Assembly: GCF_020614375.1 (NCBI RefSeq) | Contig: NZ_CP085327.1 | Span: 1,258,823 to 1,290,822 of the forward strand | Source of the DNA: Haladaptatus salinisoli | Lineage (GTDB): Archaea > Halobacteriota > Halobacteria > Halobacteriales > Haladaptataceae | DNA length: 32,000 bases | Direction: 5' to 3' | Shown: piece by piece, positions 1 through 8,074 of the stretch | Layout: the number at the start of each line of letters is the position of its first letter | Position numbering within the stretch: the stretch's first letter is position 1 | Position numbers and translations under genes: made by a program | Notes under the pieces: model-generated | What the model was told of the DNA's origin: nothing | Databases searched by the model: none | Seen by the model: only the letters and a program-made list of their open reading frames with translations

Positions 1-303
1 GGCGAAGACGTTCTTGCCGTCGCGGACGAACGGTTCGCTCTCGTCGCCGACGACGACGCGACCCGCCGGCGCGTCGAGGGCGTCCGCGATGCGACGTCCG
101 CCCGCGAGGCCGAGCGTGAACCGCCCGTCGGTGGCGTAGGTGACGAGCCGCGACCCGCCGGCGTGAACCTGCTGCGGTCGTCCCGACGACGACCGCCGGA
201 TTTCGAGGTCGTCGTCCGGCGGGAACAGGGCGGAGCCGACGCCGGCTCCGAACTGGTAGTCGGCGGTCACGCGAAGCGCGGACAGGTCCTCGGCGTCGGT
301 CAT
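1..303 (-). CDS. PUA-domain protein with an ArcTGT-C2-like (pre-PUA) N-terminus. Only the 5' part is in the window; the gene runs off the left edge.
   Basis: ATG at 303-301 on the minus strand. My translation is MTDAEDLSALRVTADYQFGAGVGSALF..LEIRRSSSGRPQQV..DGRFTLGLAGGRRIA..RVVVGDESEPFVRDGKNVFA. The ADYQFG / DG.FTL / EPF.R.GK.VFA pattern is what I associate with archaeosine-TGT C-terminal/PUA modules. GC3 is high. It is missing from the ORF track because it is truncated. Confidence 0.5.
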   Translation of the reverse strand, partial: MTDAEDLSALRVTADYQFGAGVGSALFPPDDDLEIRRSSSGRPQQVHAGGSRLVTYATDGRFTLGLAGGRRIADALDAPAGRVVVGDESEPFVRDGKNVFA

Positions 304-325
304 CGGTTCGGTTTCGAAGCGGGCG

Positions 326-336
326 GGTGAAAGCCC
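326..336 (-). promoter_or_regulatory. TATA-like box (minus-strand gggctttcacc) for the PUA-domain gene
   Basis: Centred about 28 nt upstream of the ATG at 303. The same TTTCAC-type box recurs at the same spacing upstream of egsA and the second S9 peptidase. Confidence 0.35.
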
Positions 337-421
337 TTCGCATCCGCCCTCCCCCACCTTTGGTACGTATTGACATACCTTTGCCATCGAGTAGCATGGG
401 GCCGGCTATCGATTTGAGAGC

Positions 422-431
422 GATTTATTAG
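422..431 (+). promoter_or_regulatory. TATA-like box (gatttattag) for the 58-aa membrane protein gene
   Basis: AT-rich decamer centred about 27 nt upstream of the ATG at 453, which is leaderless-type spacing. Confidence 0.45.
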
Positions 432-452
432 TCGGGAAACCCAAGAGCGCGT

Positions 453-629
453 ATGAACTCGAAAGAGCTGCTCGGAATCGTGCTCCTCATCGTGGGAACC
501 GTCCTCATCATCGGCGTCTCCACGATGACCGGCTCGCTCGTGACGAACGTCCTCGCGGGCCTCTCGACGCTGGCGCTCGCCGGCGGCGCGCTGATGTACG
601 GAACCGCCGAAGACGGTCGGCCGGTCTAG
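453..629 (+). CDS. Small hydrophobic membrane protein (58 aa), not in the ORF track
   Basis: ATG 453 to TAG 627-629. Translation: MNSKELLGIVLLIVGTVLIIGVSTMTGSLVTNVLAGLSTLALAGGALMYGTAEDGRPV. It has two hydrophobic stretches, almost all third positions are G/C, and a TATA-like box sits at about -27. Confidence 0.65.
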   Translation: MNSKELLGIVLLIVGTVLIIGVSTMTGSLVTNVLAGLSTLALAGGALMYGTAEDGRPV

Positions 630-1123
630 AGGAGGAACGTGTCGGCCCGCTCGCTGAGGTCGATGAAGGCGTCGGCGGCGTCGACGAGTTCTTCGGCGGA
701 CGATTCTTCGAACCCCATCACTTCCACGCGCACGCCCTCGTGACGGAGGTGCGTGGCGAGCCGGGCGAAATCGCCGTCGCCCGTGCAGAGCACGACGGTG
801 TCCACCTTCGGCGCGAGCGTGATGGCGTCGAGGCACATCCCCACGTCCCAGTCGGCCTTCTTCGACCCGTCGCCGAACGTCTTCAGGGCCTTTATCTTCG
901 TCTCGAAACCGATCTCGGTGAGCGCGTCGAAAAAGCGGTCCTCGTCGGGGCTGTCGGCCTGGATGACGTAGGCGATGGCGCGCGTCACCCGCCGGTTCTG
1001 CGCCGCCTTGGAGAGCAGGGACGAGTAGTCGATGTTTCGGCTGTAGACGCTTTGGGCGGAGTGGTAGAGATTTTGCGCGTCGGCGAGTACCGTGACGCGC
1101 TGGTCCGGATGAATCTCGGTCAT
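626..1123 (-). CDS. NYN-domain (LabA/PIN-like) protein, putative ribonuclease
   Basis: 165-aa ORF. VLADAQNLYHSA near the N-terminus, KKADWDVGMCLDA and VVLCTGDGDFARL match the NYN/LabA acidic-residue pattern. Confidence 0.9.
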   Translation of the reverse strand: MTEIHPDQRVTVLADAQNLYHSAQSVYSRNIDYSSLLSKAAQNRRVTRAIAYVIQADSPDEDRFFDALTEIGFETKIKALKTFGDGSKKADWDVGMCLDAITLAPKVDTVVLCTGDGDFARLATHLRHEGVRVEVMGFEESSAEELVDAADAFIDLSERADTFLL

Positions 1124-1143
1124 ACGTTGGTGTGATAACTACT

Positions 1144-1155
1144 GGCATAAAGAGG
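1144..1155 (-). promoter_or_regulatory. TATA-like box (minus-strand cctctttatgcc) for the NYN gene
   Basis: Centred about 26 nt upstream of the ATG at 1123. It lies in the 49-nt gap after the stop of the upstream gene. Confidence 0.4.
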
Positions 1156-1172
1156 TTCCTGCTCTGCACTCG

Positions 1173-1814
1173 TCACCCATCTGGTGTTTCGAACCACGTG
1201 AGCGAGAGGGAGTCGGGGTCGAGCGTGTAATATCGCTCCCACGTTGGCGCCAAACTGACGACGCGAGTATTCTCGAGCGTCGCCTCCGCGTGCTGGTGGT
1301 GGTGGCCGACGAGGCAGAGTTCGGGGTCGAGCACCGAGAGCAGGTCGTCGACGTGCGAACAGCCCACGTCGTAGTCCTCCGCGACCGGAAGACCGTGGGG
1401 CGCTTCGTGGGTCAGCAGCACGTCGACGGACTGCAGCGCCATCGCGCGTTCCACGTCCTCGCGGGTGAAGTGACGGCGGCGCTCCGCGACGAGGTTCGCG
1501 CGCGGACGATCGTACTGCGTCGGCGCGTAGTTCCCCGACAGTCCGGCGACGCGAACCCCGTCTACGTCGACCGCCGTGCTCGCCAGCAGATTGGCGTTTC
1601 GAACCTCCGAGTTCGATACCAGTCCGTTGCGCAGCGCCGCGATGGTGTCGAAGTCCTCGTTGTTGCCCGCGACGAACCACGTCGGCTTCGGGAGGTCGTA
1701 GTACATCAGGTCGCCGAGTTGGAGCGCGACGTCGGCATCCGATGCTCGGTAGGCCGCGAAGAGGGCGCGCCGGTTGTCGGGGTCGTCCGCGTGGGCGTCT
1801 CCGAGGACGAGCAT
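1173..1814 (-). CDS. Metallophosphoesterase (calcineurin-like phosphoesterase family)
   Basis: 213 aa. Motifs: LGDAHAD (DxH), LGDL (GD), AGNNED (variant of GNHE/D), LTHEAP, VGHHHQH. A TATA-like box (minus-strand gtcttatcac, 1838-1847) is centred about 28 nt upstream of the ATG at 1814. Confidence 0.85.
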   Translation of the reverse strand: MLVLGDAHADDPDNRRALFAAYRASDADVALQLGDLMYYDLPKPTWFVAGNNEDFDTIAALRNGLVSNSEVRNANLLASTAVDVDGVRVAGLSGNYAPTQYDRPRANLVAERRRHFTREDVERAMALQSVDVLLTHEAPHGLPVAEDYDVGCSHVDDLLSVLDPELCLVGHHHQHAEATLENTRVVSLAPTWERYYTLDPDSLSLTWFETPDG

Positions 1815-1860
1815 CGGTGGGACGTATTTCGGACAACGTGATAAGACCGCCGAATTTCGG

Positions 1861-2193
1861 TCACCCGCGGAGAACGAGCGCGAGCGCGGAGAACGACAGG
1901 AGACCGACGCCGTAGAAGAGAAGTTTGACGTCGTTGTCCATCCGCTTCGGCGTCGAATCCGCCGGGTCGACGATGCCGCTTCGGAACCCCGTCGCCTGGT
2001 GGTTCGTCATCGCCGCGCCCATCCGGACGGTGCCGGTGCCGCCGAGCGCGAGCAGTACGGCGACCAGTCCGAGGCCGAACAGGGAGACGAGCGCGAGGCC
2101 CGACCGCGTGACGACCGAGACGGCGGCGACGGTCGCCCCGGCGTAGCAGAGCGCGTAGCGCGCGCCGCACCGGGCGACGAGGTTCCAGTTCAT
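1861..2193 (-). CDS. Small membrane protein (110 aa), function unknown
   Basis: Start placed at the internal ATG (2193): MNWNLVARCGARYALCYAG... It has 3 hydrophobic segments and very high GC3. The upstream part of the 169-aa track ORF is R/P-rich and overlaps the promoter. Confidence 0.7.
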   Translation of the reverse strand: MNWNLVARCGARYALCYAGATVAAVSVVTRSGLALVSLFGLGLVAVLLALGGTGTVRMGAAMTNHQATGFRSGIVDPADSTPKRMDNDVKLLFYGVGLLSFSALALVLRG

Positions 2194-2214
2194 CACCGAA
2201 CGGACGGTTGTCAG

Positions 2215-2228
2215 GTATTTGAATATAG
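2215..2228 (-). promoter_or_regulatory. TATA-like box (minus-strand ctatattcaaatac)
   Basis: Centred about 28 nt upstream of the ATG at 2193. Confidence 0.45.
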
Positions 2229-2280
2229 GGAGGGAGGGGCGTCGCAGCGTCTGCCGTCGGCGCAAGGCATAAGTCCTCGG

Positions 2281-2297
2281 GGAACAGCCATTGTTCC
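2281..2297. promoter_or_regulatory. Inverted repeat GGAACA-N5-TGTTCC in the dapA upstream spacer
   Basis: Perfect 6-bp arms (ggaaca gccat tgttcc) inside the 276-bp spacer between divergent genes. Function unknown. Confidence 0.25.
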
Positions 2298-2469
2298 ATA
2301 TGCCATGTGCTGTGACGCTCGCTGCTCGCTTCTTCGGGCGGGAGAGCGGCAGCACGGTCGGAAAACGCACAAAACGCGCGGCGTAACAGGTTCGCGGCGG
2401 GCGTGGCGACCCCGTTTCGAGCCATCCTCGTTCTGTACCGCGCGACGACCGATTTCCGACACGAAACCG

Positions 2470-3360
2470 ATGACAGACACAGATTCACCGTTCCGCGGGG
2501 TCTACCCCGCGATGACCACGCCCTTCGCGGGCGAGCGTATCGACTTCGACCAACTTCGCAGCGACGCCCGACGCCTCGAACGCGCCGGGGTTCACGGACT
2601 CGTCCCCGTCGGCTCGACCGGCGAGAGCGCGACCCTGACCCACGACGAACACGTCGAGGTGATATCGGCGGTCGCGGACGCGGTGGACGTGCCGGTTATC
2701 GCCGGCGCGGGAAGCAACGCGACCCACGAAGCGCTCGAACTCTCGCAGCGCGCCGCGGACGCCGGCGCTGACGGACTCCTCCTCCTCTCGCCGTACTACA
2801 ACAAGCCCGAACCGGAGGGGATGGAGCGACACTACCGCGCCATCGCCGACGGGGTCGACCTCCCGCAGATCGTCTACAACGTCCCGTCGCGGACGGGCCG
2901 CAACGTCGACGTGGAGACGACCGTCTCGCTGGCCGAGCACGACAATATCGTCGGTTACAAGGCCGCGAGCGGCGACCTCGGCCAGATCGGCGAGGTAATC
3001 GAGCGGACGCGAGACGAGGAGTTCGCGGTGCTGTCGGGCGACGACGCGCTCACGCTCCCGATGCTCGCCGTCGGCGCGACCGGCACCATCAGCGTCTCGG
3101 CGAACGTCGAACCCGAACGCACCTGCGAACTGGTCGAATCGGCGCTCGCCGGCGACTACGAGCGAGCGCGGGAACTGCACCGCGAACTCGGCCCGCTCTT
3201 CCGCGCGCTGTTCGCGGAGACGAACCCGATCCCGGTGAAGGCCGCGATGGAGATTCGCGGCTACGGCCCGGGCGAACTCCGGCTTCCGCTCTCGCCGCTC
3301 TCCTCGGAACACTACGAGGAACTCGCGGCGGTACTCGACTCGCTGGAGGAGTCCGGATGA
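2470..3360 (+). CDS. dapA: 4-hydroxy-tetrahydrodipicolinate synthase
   Basis: MTDTDSPFRGVYPAMTTPF..., with GSTGE, YNVPSRTG and the GYKAASGD (Schiff-base Lys) motifs. The start is the internal ATG of track ORF 1774..3360. Confidence 0.95.
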   Translation: MTDTDSPFRGVYPAMTTPFAGERIDFDQLRSDARRLERAGVHGLVPVGSTGESATLTHDEHVEVISAVADAVDVPVIAGAGSNATHEALELSQRAADAGADGLLLLSPYYNKPEPEGMERHYRAIADGVDLPQIVYNVPSRTGRNVDVETTVSLAEHDNIVGYKAASGDLGQIGEVIERTRDEEFAVLSGDDALTLPMLAVGATGTISVSANVEPERTCELVESALAGDYERARELHRELGPLFRALFAETNPIPVKAAMEIRGYGPGELRLPLSPLSSEHYEELAAVLDSLEESG

Positions 3361-4118
3361 GACGGGTCGTCGTCACGGGCGCGACGGGGCGGATGGGTCG
3401 CACCGTCATCGAGGCGGCGGCGGAGCGGGACGACGCGGAGGTCGTCGCCGGCGTGAGCCGCGACCCGCCCGCGGAGATCGCCGGGGTTCCGACGAGACCG
3501 GCGCAGGAGTTCGGGGCGGTGCTACGGGAGTACGACCCCGACGCGCTCGTGGACTTCTCCGCCCCGTCGAGCAGCCAGAATTACGTCGCGGTCTGCGGGG
3601 AGGCGGGCGTCGCCTGCGTCGTCGGGACGACCGGTTTCGACGAGCAGGGCGAGTCGGTTCTCCGAAGCGTGAGCGACCACGTCCCCGTCCTCAAGGCGAG
3701 CAACTTCTCGCGGGGCGTCCAGGCGCTCCTCCGGGCGGTCGAGGGCGCGGTCGCCGACCTTCCCGGCTACGACGTGGAACTAACCGAGACGCACCACAAC
3801 GGGAAGCGGGACGCGCCGAGCGGTACGGCGAAGACGCTCCTCGATCGAATCGCGTCCGCGGGCGGGCCCGGAGAGCGGGTTCACGGGCGCGAGGGGGACG
3901 CCGCGCGCGAACCGGGAGAAGTCGGCGTCCACGCGCGCAGGGCGGGCGGAATCAGGGGCGAACACGAGGTGCTGCTGGCGAACGAGAACGAGGAACTGCG
4001 CCTCGTCCACCGCGCCCGGAGCAGGGCGGTGTTCGCCGACGGCGCGCTCGACGCGGCGGCGTGGGTGGCCGGAAAGGAGCCGGGATGGTACGATTTCAGC
4101 GAGGTGATCGCCGAATGA
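3357..4118 (+). CDS. dapB: 4-hydroxy-tetrahydrodipicolinate reductase
   Basis: N-terminal GATGRMG dinucleotide-binding motif and the ETHHNGKRDAPSGTA signature. ATGA overlap with dapA. Confidence 0.95.
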   Translation: MRRVVVTGATGRMGRTVIEAAAERDDAEVVAGVSRDPPAEIAGVPTRPAQEFGAVLREYDPDALVDFSAPSSSQNYVAVCGEAGVACVVGTTGFDEQGESVLRSVSDHVPVLKASNFSRGVQALLRAVEGAVADLPGYDVELTETHHNGKRDAPSGTAKTLLDRIASAGGPGERVHGREGDAAREPGEVGVHARRAGGIRGEHEVLLANENEELRLVHRARSRAVFADGALDAAAWVAGKEPGWYDFSEVIAE

Positions 4119-4939
4119 GAAACGAGATACGAGAGCTGTGGCACCGATACGAGTCGAACGAACTGAACGCGGCGAACGCCGGAGCCGACGAACGCGCGAC
4201 CCTGAACGCCTTCTTGGACGCGCTGGAGTCGGGCGAGGTACGCGCCGCCGAGAAGCGCGGCGGAAGCTGGGAGACGAACGAGTGGGTGAAGCGGGGAATC
4301 CTGCTGAACTTCGGCCTCCGGGACATCGAGGGGCGCGAGTACGGCGACGTGACCTACCACGACGTGCTCTCGCTCAGGCGGACCGACGACCTCCCCGGCA
4401 GAGGTACCCGAAACACCCCCGACGGAACCGTCCTCCGCCGGGGGGCGCACGTCGGGTCTAACTGCATCCTGATGAGTCCGAGCTTCGTCAACGTCGGCGC
4501 GTACGTCGGCGACGGGACGCTGGTGGACTCCTGCGACACGGTCGGTTCCTGCGCGCAGATCGGCGAAAACGTCAAACTCGGCGCGAACGCCCTCGTCGGC
4601 GGCGTCCTCGAACCGGTCGAGAGCACGCCCGTCGTCGTCGAGGACGACGTGTCGCTCGGCGCGGGCTGTCGGGTCACCTCCGGCTTCGTCGTCGGCGAGG
4701 GGAGCATCGTCGGGGAGAACACCCTGCTCACGCCGCGGATTCCCGTCTACGACCTCGTGGACGAGGAGATTCTATACGGGCACCTCCCGCCGAACCGACG
4801 GGCGTTCACCCGGTTCGTGGAGTCCGGACTCGGCGACCACGACCTGTTCGACGGCGGGGCGTACAAGCCCGCGGTGGTCGCCCTCGACGTGGAGGCCGAC
4901 ACGCTCGCGCAGGTGGAGCGGGAGGAGGCCCTGCGATGA
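4115..4939 (+). CDS. dapD: 2,3,4,5-tetrahydropyridine-2,6-dicarboxylate N-acyl(succinyl)transferase
   Basis: Left-handed beta-helix hexapeptide repeats (VGAYVGDGTLVDS, IGENVKLGANALVGG, VEDDVSLGAGCRV) and a DapD-like N-terminal helical domain. ATGA overlap with dapB (ATG 4115). Confidence 0.88.
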   Translation: MRNEIRELWHRYESNELNAANAGADERATLNAFLDALESGEVRAAEKRGGSWETNEWVKRGILLNFGLRDIEGREYGDVTYHDVLSLRRTDDLPGRGTRNTPDGTVLRRGAHVGSNCILMSPSFVNVGAYVGDGTLVDSCDTVGSCAQIGENVKLGANALVGGVLEPVESTPVVVEDDVSLGAGCRVTSGFVVGEGSIVGENTLLTPRIPVYDLVDEEILYGHLPPNRRAFTRFVESGLGDHDLFDGGAYKPAVVALDVEADTLAQVEREEALR

Positions 4940-6177
4940 GCGCGACGACCGACGACCCGCCGGTACGCCGCCTCGCCGACTGGTCGTCCGACCGACTCGC
5001 CGCGCTCGCCGACGAGCACGGGACGCCCCTGTACGTCACCGACCTCGACCGCGTGCGCGAGAACTACCGGCGGTTCGCGGGCGCGTTCCCGGACGCCGAG
5101 GTGCACTACGCAGCAAAGGCGAACACCTCGCGGGCCGTCCTCCGAACGCTCGAAGCCGAGGGGTCGAGCGTCGAGTGCGCGTCCGCGGGCGAGACCGAGC
5201 GCGCGTTCGCCGCCGGCTTCGGGGGGGAGCGCGTCCACTACACCGCCGTCAACCCGCCGGCCGAGGACCTCGACGGGGCGGTCGAACTCGCCGATGAACA
5301 CCCCGAACTGACGATCACGGTCGGGGCGAGGGACACCGTCGACCGACTCGCGGAGCGCGGCTACGACGGGCGGCTCTGCCTCCGCGTCAACCCCGGCGTC
5401 GGCGCCGGACACCACGAGAAGGTTCGAACCGGCGCGGACGCCAAGTTCGGCGTCCCCTACGACCGCGCCGCGACCCTGCTCGAAGACGCCGCGGGCGATT
5501 TCGACGTGGTCGGCGTCCACGCCCACGCCGGGAGCGGCATCTCGGGCGACGACCTCGGCAACCACCGCGAACTCGTCTCGCGGATGGGCGAACTCGTCCG
5601 AAGCCTCGACTTCCCGCTCGAGTTCGTCGACGTGGGCGGCGGCTTCGGCGTTCCCTACGGCCCCGACGAACCGCCGCTCGACCTCGACGCGGTCGCGGCC
5701 GCGACCCGCGAGGCGCTCGGCGACGTGGACGCGACGCTCGTCGTGGAACCGGGTCGCTACCTCGTCGCCGACGCCGGCGTCCTCCTGACCCGCGTGAACA
5801 CGGTCAAGGAGACCCCGGAGACGACCGTCGTCGGCGTCGACGCCGGGATGACGACGCTCGCGCGCCCCGCGCTCTACGACGCCTACCACCGCGTCAGGAA
5901 CGTCTCCGGCGACGGCCCCGAGGTCGAGGCGACCGTCGCCGGCCCCATCTGCGAGAGTTCGGACACCTTCGGCGAACACGCGATGGCCGAACCCCGGCGC
6001 GGCGACCTGCTGGCGGTCGGCAACGCGGGCGCGTACGGCTACGAGATGGCGAGCCAGTACAACTCGCGGCCCCGCCCCGCGGTCGTCGTCGTGGACGGCG
6101 ACCGCGAGGGCGTCGCCGACCGCCGCGAGACGCTGGCCGACGTGACCGCGACCGAACGGGAGGTGGCGTGGCGATGA
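4936..6177 (+). CDS. lysA: Diaminopimelate decarboxylase
   Basis: YAAKAN (PLP lysine), GGGFG, EPGR and CESSD motifs. 413 aa. ATGA overlap with dapD. Confidence 0.95.
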   Translation: MSATTDDPPVRRLADWSSDRLAALADEHGTPLYVTDLDRVRENYRRFAGAFPDAEVHYAAKANTSRAVLRTLEAEGSSVECASAGETERAFAAGFGGERVHYTAVNPPAEDLDGAVELADEHPELTITVGARDTVDRLAERGYDGRLCLRVNPGVGAGHHEKVRTGADAKFGVPYDRAATLLEDAAGDFDVVGVHAHAGSGISGDDLGNHRELVSRMGELVRSLDFPLEFVDVGGGFGVPYGPDEPPLDLDAVAAATREALGDVDATLVVEPGRYLVADAGVLLTRVNTVKETPETTVVGVDAGMTTLARPALYDAYHRVRNVSGDGPEVEATVAGPICESSDTFGEHAMAEPRRGDLLAVGNAGAYGYEMASQYNSRPRPAVVVVDGDREGVADRRETLADVTATEREVAWR

Positions 6178-7010
6178 ACTTCTCGTTCGAGAAGTACCAC
6201 GGCACCGGGAACGATTTCGTCGTCGTCGACGCGGACATCTGCATCCCGAACCGGGCCGCGTTCGCCCGCGAAGCCTGCGACAGGGCCGAGGGAATCGGCG
6301 CGGACGGCGTGCTCTTTCTGGCGCTCGAACCGGACTACCGACCGCCGCGGGTCGTCATGACGCTCGTCCAACCCGACGGAAGCACGGCGGAGATGTGCGG
6401 TAACGGGGCGCGGTGCGCCGCGGTCTGGGCCGCCGAGCGAGCCGGCGCGGACGAGGTGATGATAGACACGCTGGCCGGGACGCGCTACGCGAGGGTGCGC
6501 GACGGCGGCGCGACCGTCGAGATGGGGCCGCCGCGATTCGCACCCGACGACGTTCCGGTCGCACGGGACGAACCGCTCGTCGGGGAGCGGGTGGGCGACC
6601 ACGAGGTGACCGCGGTGAACACGGGCGTTCCGCACGCCGTCGCCTTCGTGGACGACGTGGACGCGGTGGACGTCGACCGGGTCGCGCCCGAGATTCGTCG
6701 CGCCGACGCGTTCCCCGAGGGCGCGAACGTCACCTTCGCGTCGCGCCGACCGGGCGGGTTCGACCAGCGGACCTTCGAACGCGGCGTGGAAGGCGAAACC
6801 CGGTCCTGCGGAACCGGCGCGGTCGCCATCGCCGCCGTCGCCCGGCGACTCGGCCTCGCCGACGACGAACGGGTGTCGGTGTCGCCGCCGGGCGGCGAAC
6901 TCGACGTGACGGTCGGCGACGGAACCGCGTTCCTCTCCGGGCCGGTCGAACGCGAGTTCGAGGGGGACGTGAGCGTGTCCGCGATGGGCCGACTCGACCT
7001 GGAAGCATGA
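6174..7010 (+). CDS. dapF: Diaminopimelate epimerase
   Basis: GNDF near the N-terminus and both catalytic Cys motifs (MCGNGARC, SCGTGA). I prefer ATG 6174 (ATGA overlap with the lysA stop) to the GTG at 6168 used in the track. Confidence 0.93.
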   Translation: MNFSFEKYHGTGNDFVVVDADICIPNRAAFAREACDRAEGIGADGVLFLALEPDYRPPRVVMTLVQPDGSTAEMCGNGARCAAVWAAERAGADEVMIDTLAGTRYARVRDGGATVEMGPPRFAPDDVPVARDEPLVGERVGDHEVTAVNTGVPHAVAFVDDVDAVDVDRVAPEIRRADAFPEGANVTFASRRPGGFDQRTFERGVEGETRSCGTGAVAIAAVARRLGLADDERVSVSPPGGELDVTVGDGTAFLSGPVEREFEGDVSVSAMGRLDLEA

Positions 7011-8074
7011 CCGAGTTCGACCCCATCTCGTTCCTCGAACGGGCCGTCGGGACGGAGTCGCACGAGTCGGTCGACGAGATGCGAACCCTGCTCGTCGAAA
7101 CGCTCGACTCGGCGGGCGCGGAACCCCGCGTCGACGACGCCGGGAACGTTCTCGCGGAGCGCGGCGACGCGGACGGCGGCCCGCGCGTCGTGCTGAACAC
7201 CCACGTCGACACCGTGCCGCCGCACGTCCCCTTCTCGCGCGACGGCGACGTGATTCGAGGGCGGGGCTCCTGCGACGCGAAGGGGCCGCTCGCCGCGCTC
7301 CTCGCCGCCTTCCTCGCTGTCGAACCCGCCCGAGGGAGCGTGACGCTCGCCGTGACGCCCGACGAGGAAACTAACTCGACGGGCGCGGCGGCGCTCGACG
7401 TGGACGCGGACGCCGTGGTCGTCGGCGAACCGACCGGACTCGACGTGTGCAACGCGGCCCGCGGACGGTTTCAGGCCACCGTGACGCTCCGGGGGGAGAA
7501 CGCTCACGCCGCGAATCCGGAGGACGGCGTCAACGCGGTCGGCGCGCTGTCGCCCGCCTTGGAGGCGCTGAGCACCTTCGACTCCGGCGACGAACACCCC
7601 GAACTCGGCGCGCCGACGCTCACGCCGACGACGGTCGAGGGCGGGACGGCGACGAACCAAGTTCCGGCCGAGTGCTTGTTCGTCGTGGACAGGCGGAGCG
7701 TTCCGCCGGAGGGCGCGGAGGAGTTCCGGGCCGCGCTCGAATCCCACCTCCGGGAGGCCGCACCTCCGGAGGTCGACGCGACGGTCGCGCTCGCGGAGCG
7801 CGACACGCCGTTTCTCGAAGCGTTCGAGACGCCGGCCGATTCTCGGTTGGTGCGGACGCTCCGGGACGCCGGCGGCGGCGAGGTGCGACCGTTCGGCGCG
7901 GCGACGGAAGCCTCCTACTTCGCGCGAGTCGCGCCGACCGTCGTGTTCGGGCCGGGCGTGCTTGCAGACGACGAGGGTGCGGTGGCGCACGGCCCGCGCG
8001 AGTACGTGCGCACGGACGAAGTCGAGACGGCGGCCGACGCCGTGACCGAAACGTTGCGAAAACTGCTCGCGTAG
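7007..8074 (+). CDS. dapE: M20-family metallopeptidase, probable succinyl-diaminopimelate desuccinylase
   Basis: HVDTV, CDAKG and DEE metal-ligand motifs plus operon context. The start is the internal ATG 7007 (ATGA overlap with dapF). An acetylornithine-deacetylase-type function cannot be excluded. Confidence 0.75.
   Translation: MTEFDPISFLERAVGTESHESVDEMRTLLVETLDSAGAEPRVDDAGNVLAERGDADGGPRVVLNTHVDTVPPHVPFSRDGDVIRGRGSCDAKGPLAALLAAFLAVEPARGSVTLAVTPDEETNSTGAAALDVDADAVVVGEPTGLDVCNAARGRFQATVTLRGENAHAANPEDGVNAVGALSPALEALSTFDSGDEHPELGAPTLTPTTVEGGTATNQVPAECLFVVDRRSVPPEGAEEFRAALESHLREAAPPEVDATVALAERDTPFLEAFETPADSRLVRTLRDAGGGEVRPFGAATEASYFARVAPTVVFGPGVLADDEGAVAHGPREYVRTDEVETAADAVTETLRKLLA

Noticed and set aside
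300-1169. 289-aa minus-strand ORF spanning the first promoter region and the NYN gene
   Set aside because: It is out of frame with the NYN gene, crosses an AT-rich divergent promoter and gives an Arg-rich product.
1774-2469. N-terminal extension of the dapA ORF; similar extensions at 4061 (dapD), 9962 (purB), 29865 (egsA), 2370 (membrane protein) and 8467 (DUF5518-like)
   Set aside because: Homology-type N-termini begin at the internal ATGs. The extensions cross promoters or neighbouring genes and have poor third-position GC. The internal starts give ATGA couplings or correct TATA spacing.
2194-2469. Lysine riboswitch upstream of dapA
   Set aside because: I could not recognise the conserved L-box helices or core motifs, and lysine riboswitches are not an established feature of haloarchaea. 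The spacer is retained only as an unexplained long leader region.
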